Part shown: piece by piece, positions 9,750 to 20,259 of the stretch
Numbering within the stretch: position 1 is the stretch's first letter
Layout: each line of letters opens with the position of its first letter
Assembly: GCF_006345805.1 (NCBI RefSeq)
Contig: NW_021836014.1
Span: 1 to 25,907 of the forward strand
Direction: 5' to 3'
From: Octopus sinensis
Taxonomy: Eukaryota
DNA: 25,907 nt
Position numbers and translations under genes: made by a program
The notes under the pieces: model-generated
What the model saw: only the letters and a program-made list of their open reading frames with translations
What the model was told of the DNA's origin: nothing
Databases searched by the model: none

Positions 9750-10137
9750 GGTGGAGGCGCAATGGCCCAGTGGTTAGGGCAGCGGACTCGCGGTCATAGG
9801 ATCGCGGTTTCGATTCCCAGACCGGGCGTTGTGAGTGTTTATTGAGCGAAAACACCTAAAAGCTCCACGAGGCTCCGGCAGGGGATGGTGGTGATCCCTG
9901 CTGTACTCTTTCACCACAACTTTCTCTCACTCTTACTTCCTGTTTCTGTTGTACCTGTATTTCAAGGGGCCGGCCTTGTCACTCTCTGCGTCACGCTGAA
10001 TATCCCCGAGAACTACGTTAAGGGTGCACGTGTCTGTGGAGTGCTCAGCCACTTACACGTTAATTTCACGAGCAGGCTGTTCCGTTGATTCGGATCAACC
10101 GGAACCCTCATCGTCGTAACCGACGGAGTGCTTCTTT
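9750..10137 (+). mobile_element. Family A SINE, full length with 11-bp TSD
   Basis: Near-identical to 8313-8692; TSD ATAACTGCATT at 9739-9749 and 10138-10148. Confidence 0.95.
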
Positions 10138-10479
10138 ATAACTGCATTAACGAACGTAGAACAACTACAACATAGTATATCTACTACTTCGTAGTTTCTT
10201 CCCCCGACAGAGGAAACATAATGGTTAAATACATTCTAGCCGTGACAATCCCTCCTATTTCCTAGACACTATGCACCTAACTCTACATTATCTCAAACAC
10301 AACAACATCGGCGAGTATCACAGCTGCATTCTTCTTTTTTTTCTTTTTTATATTATTATTTTTTATATTTAATATTCCAGAGATATTAATCAACCTGTCT
10401 CCATACTGGGAGTTATTTTTAATATTATATATAAAGTCTTTAAATATATTTATACCCGTTCTTACGTACGCACATAAAA

Positions 10480-10790
<311 letters not shown>

Positions 10791-11489
10791 CATAGTAACC
10801 ATTAACCTATACCTCGCAATCAAGAAAACAAAACAAAACAAAACAATGCAAAACCAAAACAAATACAACGAAAAGCAACAAAAGCTAAAAACAACCAGTC
10901 TCCTTATTAAGTGCATCATATGAACAAGAAGAATATATTAACTTTCATTAAGAAGAGAAGATTATTAAATTTCAAGCTTACTTTTGGTAGCTCAAACGGA
11001 TACGCTGTAATACTTAGATTCTTATTTTGACATTAAATTCTTCGTGGTACAATTCTATGAATTTATGAAATTCCACACACAAAAACTAAATTTAAAACCG
11101 ACTTAAAATAATATAATTTTTAAAATAAGTTCTGTAAATAATTGTGATATTTATATTTTCAGTATTTAGTCTTTAATTTATTTTATCATTTTTTTTTTTT
11201 TTTGGCGGGGGTTTTAATTTTAAGTTTTGTAGACTTGTGGTTATTTAGTGTGTAGTATGTTGGCTTGTAGTTTGCAACAATATTTGAAAATTTTAAAAAT
11301 CAAACATACATAAAATGTAAAATTTGACTAAAAATCGATTTAAATCTAACATAAACGTATTTGTATATTTGTTTTATTTATTTGTTTATCTATTTTTAGT
11401 CGTAATTGTCGTTTTCTGCATATATACGAACACATTTGCGTAAGAAATACATATTTATATATAGTGCGTGTGCTTCTATATGCGCTTGT

Positions 11490-11587
11490 ATATACAGTAA
11501 ATATATATATATATATACATGTATATATATATATAAGTATTTACGCATATACATGTATATATATATATACACACATACACATATATA

Positions 11588-11624
<37 letters not shown>

Positions 11625-11647
11625 TATATATATAATATATATGTATG

Positions 11648-11681
<34 letters not shown>

Positions 11682-12060
11682 ATTCATATATGTATATATA
11701 TATATACATACATAGTTACGTACAGACATAAAGACACAGGATCATGTAACAGAGTAATATTATATATATATATATACACAAACACTCACACAACATTACA
11801 AATACACCCAGACATGAACACACACATACCCGTTTAAATATACGCACATGTTTTTGTGCGTTCATCGATATATAAATCTGAATACGTTTAATGAAATATT
11901 AAATATATACAAAGGAAATATTTTACATTTCACATTAAGGTGTATACACATAGATGGGCGTGTGGATGCATATATGTGCGTATATATGTACATATACATA
12001 CATATATACCCATACACACGGATATATATACGTATATATATATATGCATATATATATACA

Positions 12061-12111
<51 letters not shown>

Positions 12112-12261
12112 ATTATATTTATATCAAAATCGATAAAACAATAATCTTCAATCAATCCTTTACATTTTTGTCTCCTTTTTTATCAGCATATTTCTATATT
12201 TATATACATATGTTTAAACGCTTACACACGCACATACACACGTACACATGTATATATATAT

Positions 12262-12303
<42 letters not shown>

Positions 12304-12312
12304 ATATATATA

Positions 12313-12373
<61 letters not shown>

Positions 12374-12616
12374 AGTACATACATATACACATACATTAAT
12401 GCATTCGTACATACATACAAAAATATATATATATGTATTACATGTACATGTATGTATATATTCACACACACACTATGCACACATATTCAACCAGAAAAAT
12501 ACAAAGGTAATTGTATATTAAACATACCTATTGAAATGTACTGATCTATTTATATGTGTGTGTACGTGTTTGCGATTGTGCATGTGTAAGTATATATATA
12601 TATATATTATATATAT

Positions 12617-12653
<37 letters not shown>

Positions 12654-12722
12654 GTAACATATATGTATGTATATATGCGTGTGTAGGTGTGTACATGCAT
12701 GTTGTATATGTATGTTTATATG

Positions 12723-12767
<45 letters not shown>

Positions 12768-12921
12768 TGTATATATTAGCTGTTGGGGGTATTTGTCTCC
12801 CCTTCGTAATATATATAAGGACACAGTAAATGTGTCGAAGCCGACAGGAAGCGTTCGATGCTTCTAGGGCTAAACAGCGGTGGTGTAATCCCCTACTGTC
12901 ACGTTAAATTGACAGTACAAC

Positions 12922-12964
<43 letters not shown>

Positions 12965-13021
12965 CATGTATATATATATGTATATATATTTATGTGTGTG
13001 TACATATTTATATGCTCTATA

Positions 13022-13069
<48 letters not shown>
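11490..13069. repeat. Extended degenerate (TA)n/(TACA)n/(TG)n microsatellite field with short unique islands
   Basis: Directly visible; source of many spurious YI/IY ORFs. Confidence 0.9.
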
Positions 13070-13070
<1 letters not shown>

Positions 13071-13269
13071 TAGCATTAAAGACCCGTCGTTGCCGGGTCA
13101 TAGTGCTAGTGCATGTATATATGTGTGTATATATGTGTACATATTACATGTACATCTATATATATACATCTACACATAAAATACAAAATACAAAGTTATA
13201 TCTTGATATCGCTAGTAATAACAATACTCAAAATATATAACAGACTGGAATTGTTAGCTCGTCTCTTGT

Positions 13270-13570
13270 AATTTAGATCAAGTGTATCTTGTCCTCCCTC
13301 TTGTATAGAAGTATGGCTACAATCCAGCCTACCTCTACTTCTGGGGGGGGGCATTTAACATTTTTTTCTAGGACGTCCTACGTCCCAGATATAAAGGTAA
13401 AATAAAATATTTCCACTTTGCAAGTTCGAATCGAGTACTTCCTTGCACGCTCCGTTGACTCGAACCTTGCTTCTATTGTGGCGAATTTACCGCCTCTGAT
13501 TAGATACTTTTCATAGTCGCACCAAGACACTTTTCGAAGGTGCTTTCCTCCATGTGTTCAAATCTTCTTT
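13270..13570 (-). pseudogene. Degraded coding fragment inside the Helitron, possibly retroelement ORF1-like
   Basis: Minus: GKHLRKVSWCDYEKYLIRGGKFATIEARFESTERARKYSIRT, then shifted YLGRRTS*...NAPPEVEVGWIVAILLY; protein-like composition but family assignment is from recall only. Confidence 0.35.
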
Positions 13571-13894
13571 TTCTCTACATTGTATACTTTATAGACAATA
13601 GTCTTTTCTTTAATTTAATTTTTTATTATCCATCTGGACTATTCCATTTCTGCACGCTAATTTTATTTTTAATTTATTCCCATTCACGTGAAACCACTTA
13701 TTCAAGTTCAAATCATTGATGCAATTTTATGCCAGTTGCTATTTTTACTTTTGTCATGTTACTTTAGTTTGATTTTAATTATTACTTATTACATATAATT
13801 CAATTGTTATTATTATTTTTATTGTTAAAGTGAAAGTATCTGACATAAAATAGAGAAACATTTTTGTTTCACTTTTAACACGTAATACTGAAAT

Positions 13895-14182
13895 AGTGGA
13901 GAAGATAAGATATTGCTATGGGCTCGCTCTAGGCAAGAAGTTGAACATTTTTTTGCCCATGAAACTAGATGGACCCTAAGTAAGGCATGTGTAAAATTTG
14001 AATGGAATTAGTTGTGTGTTCTCAAGTTTTAGGGAATCGTAGTGGAGAAGATATGATATTGCTGTGGGCTCGCCCTAGGCAAAAAGTTCAAAATTTGTTT
14101 GCCGATGACACTCCCCGGACCTTAAGTAAGGCATGTGTAAAATTTGAATGAAATTGGTTGTGTAGTTCTCAAGTTTTAGGGA
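13895..14182. repeat. Two diverged ~146-bp tandem units in the Helitron 5' subterminal region
   Basis: AGTGGAGAAGATA...GGGCTCGC(T/C)CTAGGCAA...TAAGTAAGGCATGTGTAAAATTTGAATG...TTCTCAAGTTTTAGGGAA at 13895 and 14041. Confidence 0.9.
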
Positions 14183-14882
14183 AACACACAGACAGACAGA
14201 CAGACACACACACACACACACACACACATTCTCAGTTTTATATATATATAAAGATATATATCACACACACGCACACACACACACAATAACATGTGTATAT
14301 CGGTTCCACATCAGAAAAAGCAGGGGACAAAACAAAATGACGATTATGATATTATTAATTTAAATTTTAAGTGTATAAACATAAAACTGACATTTCCCTA
14401 AGATGCCAGGTGTTACGTTCAAACTCGCATTCCCACTATTTCAAAGGTTATCTATTAAACATTCGGTCGTGTCTACGTCTGTTGTACGCACTCCTTAGCC
14501 GTAACTGCAGTGCCCTGGATGCGCAGCAGTTCTGGAGGCGCTTAAATGCGTCTGAAGGTTGACATCTACAATTATGCCGACCTAATTCTGTCGAAATCTG
14601 TCGAATGAGTAACTCTTTATCATTGCGTGCGTAAGTGTGTCTATGCGTGCGTTTGTGTGTGTGTGTATGTTTGTTTGCATGTGTGTATGAGTAAATGTAA
14701 ATTGGAATTATGCATTAGGAACAGCTTTAAAGTAACATCTTTATCTCTATAACATTCTTAACTCATGTGTGTCATTGGAACACCAGAGGTTACAGTTTTT
14801 CGTGCGGATCAAAAATTCCTTTATAAATGTATCGTGTTTAAAATAACACCACGTATTTCAGAGATAGTTCAAATGAAATCGA

Positions 14883-15000
14883 TCCGGAAGCGACCGCGAG
14901 AATGACAAACTGGCCGATTCAATCTCGTTTCGGAAGTGACACAACTAGATGATATTGACAAGCTGTAACAACAACGAAATACGTGGCTGTCGCTTCCGGA
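14883..15000. promoter_or_regulatory. Cluster of ETS-like (CCGGAAG/CGGAAGT) motifs with 12-bp inverted repeat; possible promoter or enhancer
   Basis: TCCGGAAGCGAC (14883-14894), TTCGGAAGTGAC (14929-14940), GTCGCTTCCGGA (14989-15000) in locally CpG-rich, non-repeat-looking DNA. Confidence 0.25.
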
Positions 15001-15060
15001 GTGATCTCGCTTCACCTAGCCCAGACGTTTATAGTGCTTTTTTATTTTTTACTTTTTAAT

Positions 15061-15452
15061 GGATGGATGGAAGCATTCCGTCGGTTACGACGACGAGGGT
15101 TCCGGTTGATCCGAATCAACGGAACAGCCTGCTCGTGAAATTAACGTGTAAGTGGCTGAGCACTCCACAGACACGTGCACCCTTAACGTAGTTCTTAGGG
15201 GTATTCAGCGTGACACAGAGAGTGACAAGGCCGGCCCTTTGAAATACAGGTACAACAGAAACAGGAAGTAAGAGTGAGAGAAAGTTGTGGTGAAAGAGTA
15301 CAGCAGGGATCACCACCATCCCCTGCCGGAGCCTCGTGGAGCTTTAGGTGTTTTCGCTCAATAAACACTCACAACGCCCGGTCTGGGAATCGAAACCGCG
15401 ATCCTATGACCGCGAGTCCGCTGCCCTAACCACTGGGCCATTGCGCCTCCAC
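15061..15452 (-). mobile_element. Family A SINE, full length, (TCCA)n tail, 10-bp TSD
   Basis: Reverse complement of 9750-10137 type; TSD ACTTTTTAAT at 15051-15060 and 15453-15462. Confidence 0.95.
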
Positions 15453-15648
15453 ACTTTTTAATACAATACGCCTATAAAAGAATTTCCCCCAATGAATCCT
15501 TCGCTGTTTTCGATACATCACAGATTTGATAGTTCGAAAGATGTCGAAATTCACATTGATATAAAAATCAGGTTCCATTGAATAACTACAATCCCACACG
15601 GTGAATTTTTATTTCTTTTTCTCTTTTTTGGTTTGCTGGTTTGAATAA

Positions 15649-15685
15649 TGCGAAGTTGTTGCGAAGTTGTTGCGAAGTTGTTGCG
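15649..15685. repeat. 11-bp tandem repeat TGCGAAGTTGT x3.4
   Basis: Directly visible. Confidence 0.9.
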
Positions 15686-15854
15686 TAAAATGTGTTTCTA
15701 TAATCTACAACACACGCACACACACACATACACATGCAAACAAACATACATACAGTCAGACACATACAAACAGTGACGTGCGCGCGCACACAGAATGCGG
15801 GCCAAGAATCACGCACCAAACATCTGACATTTTGTTCATATTAATTTGTTGTTG

Positions 15855-15921
15855 TATTATTATTATTATAATTATTATTATAATTATTGTTGTTGTTGTT
15901 GTTGTTGTTGTTATTATTATA

Positions 15922-15971
<50 letters not shown>
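15855..15971. repeat. (ATT)n/(GTT)n microsatellite
   Basis: Directly visible. Confidence 0.95.
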
Positions 15972-16307
15972 TGAGACCCCCTTCGGTCAGACACTGACCA
16001 TGGGCTTGCACCTAGAAAGTTACCCTCTGAGGTACAAGTCTGGGCAAGGTTGTTTATGGAGGACCAGCAGTCGCCCATGCATACAAGCCTCCCCTCTCCA
16101 CGCCACCAGTGTTATCCACGGGAAAGGCAAAGGGGGCCGACACAGCTTGGCACCTGTGGCGTCACAACTCATTTCTACAGCTGAGTGAACTGAAGCAACG
16201 TGAAATAAAGTGTCTTGCTTAAGAACACAACACGCAGCCCGGTCCGGGATTCGAGCTCACAACCTCACGATCGTAAGCTCGACGCTCTAACCACTGAGCC
16301 ATGCGCC

Positions 16308-16309
<2 letters not shown>
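15972..16309 (-). mobile_element. tRNA-derived SINE, family C (B-type head/CORE-like body + tail Y), flanked by (TAA)n
   Basis: Minus: AAGGCGCATGGCTCAGTGGTTAGAGCG...GAGCTCGAATCCC...GTGTTCTTAAGCAAGACACTTTATTTCACGTTGCTTCAGTTCACTCAGCTG...GAGTTGT|GACGCC...GACCGAAGGGGGTCTC-(TAA)n. Confidence 0.9.
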
Positions 16310-16342
<33 letters not shown>

Positions 16343-16362
16343 TTTTTTTTAATTTTTTATTG

Positions 16363-16420
<58 letters not shown>

Positions 16421-16468
16421 CATTATTTTTATTATTGTTGTTATTTTTTATTATTATTATTATTATTA

Positions 16469-16499
<31 letters not shown>

Positions 16500-16510
16500 T
16501 ATTTATTTAT
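16310..16510. repeat. (ATT)n microsatellite
   Basis: Directly visible. Confidence 0.95.
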
Positions 16511-16649
16511 TTTGTTCATCATGTACAAGTAGATATATGTTCATCATTAATTTATTTATTTTATTCAATTTTAGAAAAATCGAAGCATGTCCCTCACAGT
16601 TCCGTAGTGTATTGAATTTAACTTTGTACGTGACTTTTGTTCCCACCTG

Positions 16650-16722
16650 TACATACATACATACATACATACATACATACATACATACATACATACATAC
16701 ATACATACATACATACATACAC
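16650..16722. repeat. (CATA)n microsatellite
   Basis: About 17 perfect units. Confidence 0.95.
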
Positions 16723-16974
16723 ACACGTTATAAACATAAATATCTATCTTTAACTTCATTCAAAATAGAATATGCTAAAATACGTTAGCGAAACTTGTTC
16801 GCAGTAAAAACATCAACTTCGACTACAAACAAACGGTTTTTGCTAGGCAGAGTCGTCCTGCAAATATTTTCTACCCGCATCTATGAAATTCCACTTCCTA
16901 TTTTCCATATTGCTAAACAACTTACGATTTAAGATGAAAGAAGAAAATGAAATGAGATGTGTTTTTAAATTATG

Positions 16975-17145
16975 AACGCCGGAGTGGCTGTGTGGTAAGT
17001 AGCTTGCTAACCAACCACATGGTTCCGGGTTCAGTCCCAATGCGTGGCATCTTGGGCAAGTGTCTTCTGCTATAGCCCCGGGCCGACCAAAGCCTTGTGA
17101 GTGGATTCGGTAGACGGAAACTGAAAGAAGCCTGTCGTATATATG

Positions 17146-17176
<31 letters not shown>

Positions 17177-17390
17177 ATTTGTGTGTCTGTGTTTGTCCCC
17201 CTAGCATTGCTTGACAACCGATGCTGGTGTGTTTACGTCCCCGTCACTTAGCAGTTCGGCAAAAGAGACCGATAGAATAAGAACTGGGCTTACAAAGAAT
17301 AAGTCCCGGGGTCGATTTGCTCGACTAAAGGGGGTGCTCCAGCATGGCCGCAGTCATATGACTGAAACAAGTAAAAGAGTAAAAGAGAGT
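16975..17390 (+). mobile_element. Family D SINE, full length
   Basis: Near-identical reverse complement of 9008-9437. Confidence 0.92.
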
Positions 17391-17415
17391 AACTATTTTC
17401 TCTCTGTTTAAGAAA

Positions 17416-17484
17416 CTTCGTACAATGTTGAATTTAGCAGAATTAATTACAAATTAATTCTGCTAAATTCAACATTGTACGAAG
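17416..17484. repeat. Perfect 33-bp inverted repeat with 3-nt spacer
   Basis: CTTCGTACAATGTTGAATTTAGCAGAATTAATT-aca-AATTAATTCTGCTAAATTCAACATTGTACGAAG. Confidence 0.97.
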
Positions 17485-17517
17485 GGGTCCATAGGGGGAA
17501 AACGGTTGAGAACCGCT
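17485..17517. mobile_element. hAT (Charlie-like) MITE terminus
   Basis: GGGTCCATAGGGGGAAAACGGTTGAGAACCGCTG; reverse complement begins CAGCGGTTCTCAACC, a typical Charlie/MER5-like TIR. Confidence 0.7.
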
Positions 17518-17532
17518 GGATAAAAATCTTCA

Positions 17533-17657
17533 AGGCGTAGGTAGGAGTGGCTGTGTTGTAAGTAGCCTGCTTACGAACCACATGTTTCCGGGTTCAGTAT
17601 CACTGCATGGCACCTGGTGAGTGGATTTGGTAGACGGAAACTGAAAGAAGCCCGTCG

Positions 17658-17707
<50 letters not shown>

Positions 17708-17762
17708 TATATATGAGTGTGTGTGCGCGTGTGTGTGTGTGTGTGTGTATATGTGTGTGCGC

Positions 17763-17818
<56 letters not shown>

Positions 17819-17880
17819 TTGCCTCCCCAACATCGCTTGACAACCGATGCTGGTGTGTTTACGTCACCGTAACTTAGCAG
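17533..17880 (+). mobile_element. Family D SINE, 3'-truncated, internal microsatellite expanded to ~160 bp
   Basis: Head AGGCGTAGGTAGGAGTGGCTGTG, body GGATTTGGTAGACGGAAACTGAAAGAAGCCCGTCG, (TA)n(TG)n 17660-17820, ends at AACTTAGCAG. Confidence 0.85.
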
Positions 17881-18204
17881 TGTCACCGACGATTCTAAAG
17901 GAGGATGAAACAGTACGATACACGGCTACCAACGGCAATAAACTTGTTAATAAAAATGTTAAGAACTTTGTTTTATACAAGAAAAAAATACAATTGAAAA
18001 TTAGAAAATATGCAAAATGCATTGGGAGTGGAGGCAATTCTTCCCTTTCTTGAATATTTCTTTCTGGCTGCCTCTTCTAGAAGACATCGACTGTTGACAA
18101 ATCTGAAGTGGGATGGATCAAGTAAGGTCTTATATTATGCAAGACATGTCGCAAGTTACAACGTTGCCTCTACGAGTCCGTCAAGGAGCTAAGGGGCTTT
18201 CGAA

Positions 18205-18712
18205 TAAATCCTTAAATCCTTAAAAATGTTTCAGCCCGAAAGCTGCAGCCATGCTGGGGCACCATCGTTGAATGAGCTACACTAGTATGTAAAGCCACTT
18301 CTGATACGTGGCACTTGGTCAACAAGGGAGTTCGACGCCGCTGCTCGCATCTGTGTTTCCTGCCGAGAGGTAGGTTCATCTGGAACCCTTGACAAGAAGA
18401 GATCCAGTTTAATTTTAAAGAAACCCACATCCACACCATGCAGGTCTCTCTGGCATTTAGGAAGTATATTGAAGAGCTGTGTTCCCCTGAAACCCAAGCT
18501 GTTGCAGTATCTGGTCCTGTGTTTTGATAGTGATGTTGGGATCTTTGGCACCATGCAGTGGCGCCCCGTTCTGCTGTTGGGGTAACTTTCAATGCCAAAT
18601 TCGGGACAAGACCCTCCAGGATTTTCCAGATGTATATCACTGCATATCTCTCCCACCTTCGCTCCAGGGAGAAGAGTTTTAATACTTTCAGTCTTTCCCA
18701 GTAGCATAGTAT
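18205..18712 (-). mobile_element. 5'-truncated CR1-group LINE 3' end
   Basis: YWERLKVLKLFSLERRWERYAVIYIWKILEGLVPN (shift) SRTGRHCMVPKIP...RYCNSLGFRGTQLFNILPK...FKIKLDLFLSRVPDEP: CR1-type post-RT C-terminus; 3'UTR with stem-loop and (TAAGGATT)2 tail. Confidence 0.88.
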
Positions 18713-18902
18713 TTTTAATGAAATATACGCAGACAAATACACATACGCACATACTATCAAGCACTTACTTATCTCTTCCACTTCAATTTTCTCTTTCATT
18801 TGTACTCTGTTGATATATAGTAAAAACAAAAGTAAAATTCCTTCCCGGTTTCCAAAGCGTATATATTCTCCACATGGACGGGACCCCGTCCGTCGCAATA
18901 TT

Positions 18903-19423
18903 ACTCATTTTTGGGAAGCTGAGTGGACTGGAGCAACGTGAAATGAGGTGTTTTGCTCAAGAACACAATGCATTGCCCGGTTCAAGAATCGAAACCACAA
19001 TCTCCGCCGGTTACGACGACGAGGGTCCCAGCTGATATGATCAACGGAACAGCTTGCTCGTGAAATTAACGTGCAAATGGCTGAGCATTCCACAGACACG
19101 TGTACTCTTAACGTAGTTCTCGGGGATAATCAGCGTGACACAGAGAGTGACAAGGCTGGCCCTTTGAAATACAAGTACAACTCATTTTTGCCAGCTGAGT
19201 GGACTGGAGCAACGTGAAATAAAGTGTCTTGCTCAAGGACACAACGGGTCGCCGGGAATCGAACTCACAACCTTACGATCATGAGCCGAATGCCCTAACC
19301 ACTAAGCCACGCGCCCTCACTGTCCAGCACCTAGAACACAATGCATTGCCCGGTCCAGGAATCGAAACCACAATCTTACGATCATGAGTCCAGCACCTTT
19401 ACCACTAAGCCACGCGTCTCCAC
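18903..19423 (-). mobile_element. Older B-type SINE split by a nested family B SINE
   Basis: Head at 19333-19423 and body at 18903-19003, with a 44-bp direct repeat around the insert. Confidence 0.75.
19004..19320 (-). mobile_element. tRNA-derived SINE, family B (B head/CORE-like body + tail X)
   Basis: Minus: GTGAGGGCGCGTGGCTTAGTGGTTAGGGC...GAGTTCGATTCCC...GTGTCCTTGAGCAAGACAC...GAGTTGT|ACTTGTATTTCAAAGGGCC...CCTCGTCGTCGTAACCGG; tail shared with family A. Confidence 0.9.
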
Positions 19424-19753
19424 CTATTGATATATAAATATCTATATACTTATATTGTTATATTTCGGAAGGGCCATTTTTTTTGTTGCCAAGTAAACAA
19501 ACGCTCTCTATATTCGTTGTTCACTTCAGATTTATTATTGTTCTCATTCTACTGTCCTTTGTCTTAAATCTTTCGTGTGTCTATATTTGTTTCAACACAC
19601 GATTTCACAACAGGAATCTTGCAAAACAAAGACATAAACGAATTTATTTATTCTTAAATATTTATCGTCTGAATGTTTTCATTCTTTGTTTTCTTCTGTT
19701 TGTATTATACGTACATACGCGCGCACACACACACACACACACCACACACACAC

Positions 19754-20241
19754 ATTGTATATCAAACTCAAGCTGTTATGTCTAATTCGTTTATACTTGT
19801 CTATACTTACTCACGTACATATTTCACCTCTTACTTGTTTCAACCATGGAATTGCGGCCATGCCGGAGCATCGACTTACTCTTTTATTTGTTTCAGTCAT
19901 TTGACTATGGCCATGCTGGAGACCAACTTTGGTCGTGCAAATCGACCACAGGACTTATTCTTTGCAAGCCTAGTACTTATTCTATCGGTCACTTTTGCCG
20001 AACCTCTAAGTTACGGGGACGTAAACACAGCAGCATCGGTTGTCAAGCGATGTTGGGGAGACAAACACAGACACACAAATACACACACACACACACACGC
20101 ACACATACATACACACACACACACACATTGTATATCAAACTCAAGCTGTTATGTCTAATTCGTTTATACTTGTCTACACTTACGTACATATTTCACTTCT
20201 TACTTGTTTCAACCATAGAATTTCAGCCATGCTGGAGCATC
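19754..20241. repeat. ~115-120-bp direct duplication (19754-19872 and 20127-20241), each copy preceded by (CA)n
   Basis: ATTGTATATCAAACTCAAGCTGTTATGTCTAATTCGTTTATACTTGTCTA...GGAGCATC in both; 4-bp indel and several substitutions. Confidence 0.92.
19875..20126 (-). mobile_element. Family D SINE 3' half
   Basis: Tail through internal (TG)n present; head missing. Confidence 0.85.
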
Positions 20242-20259
20242 CACTTGAAGATTTTTATC

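Larger units (their letters stand above)
13070..14254 (-). mobile_element. Non-autonomous Helitron with both termini
   Basis: Minus-strand 5' A|TCTTTATATATATATAAAACTGAGAATG(TG)n(TCTG)n at 14254; 3' hairpin GACCCG-N7-CGGGTC (13081-13099) 7 nt before CTAG|T at 13070; sits in an AT dinucleotide within (TA)n, no TSD. That both ends belong to one element is inferred. Confidence 0.8.

Noticed and set aside
12785-12820. U7 snRNA (ATTTGTCT Sm-opt-like site)
   Set aside because: No AAUUUGUCUAG match or 3' hairpin in the right position.
14371-14562. Host exon or small ORF (both strands have short open frames and AG/GT-like sites)
   Set aside because: No recognisable protein similarity and no neighbouring exons; cannot be supported without transcript data.
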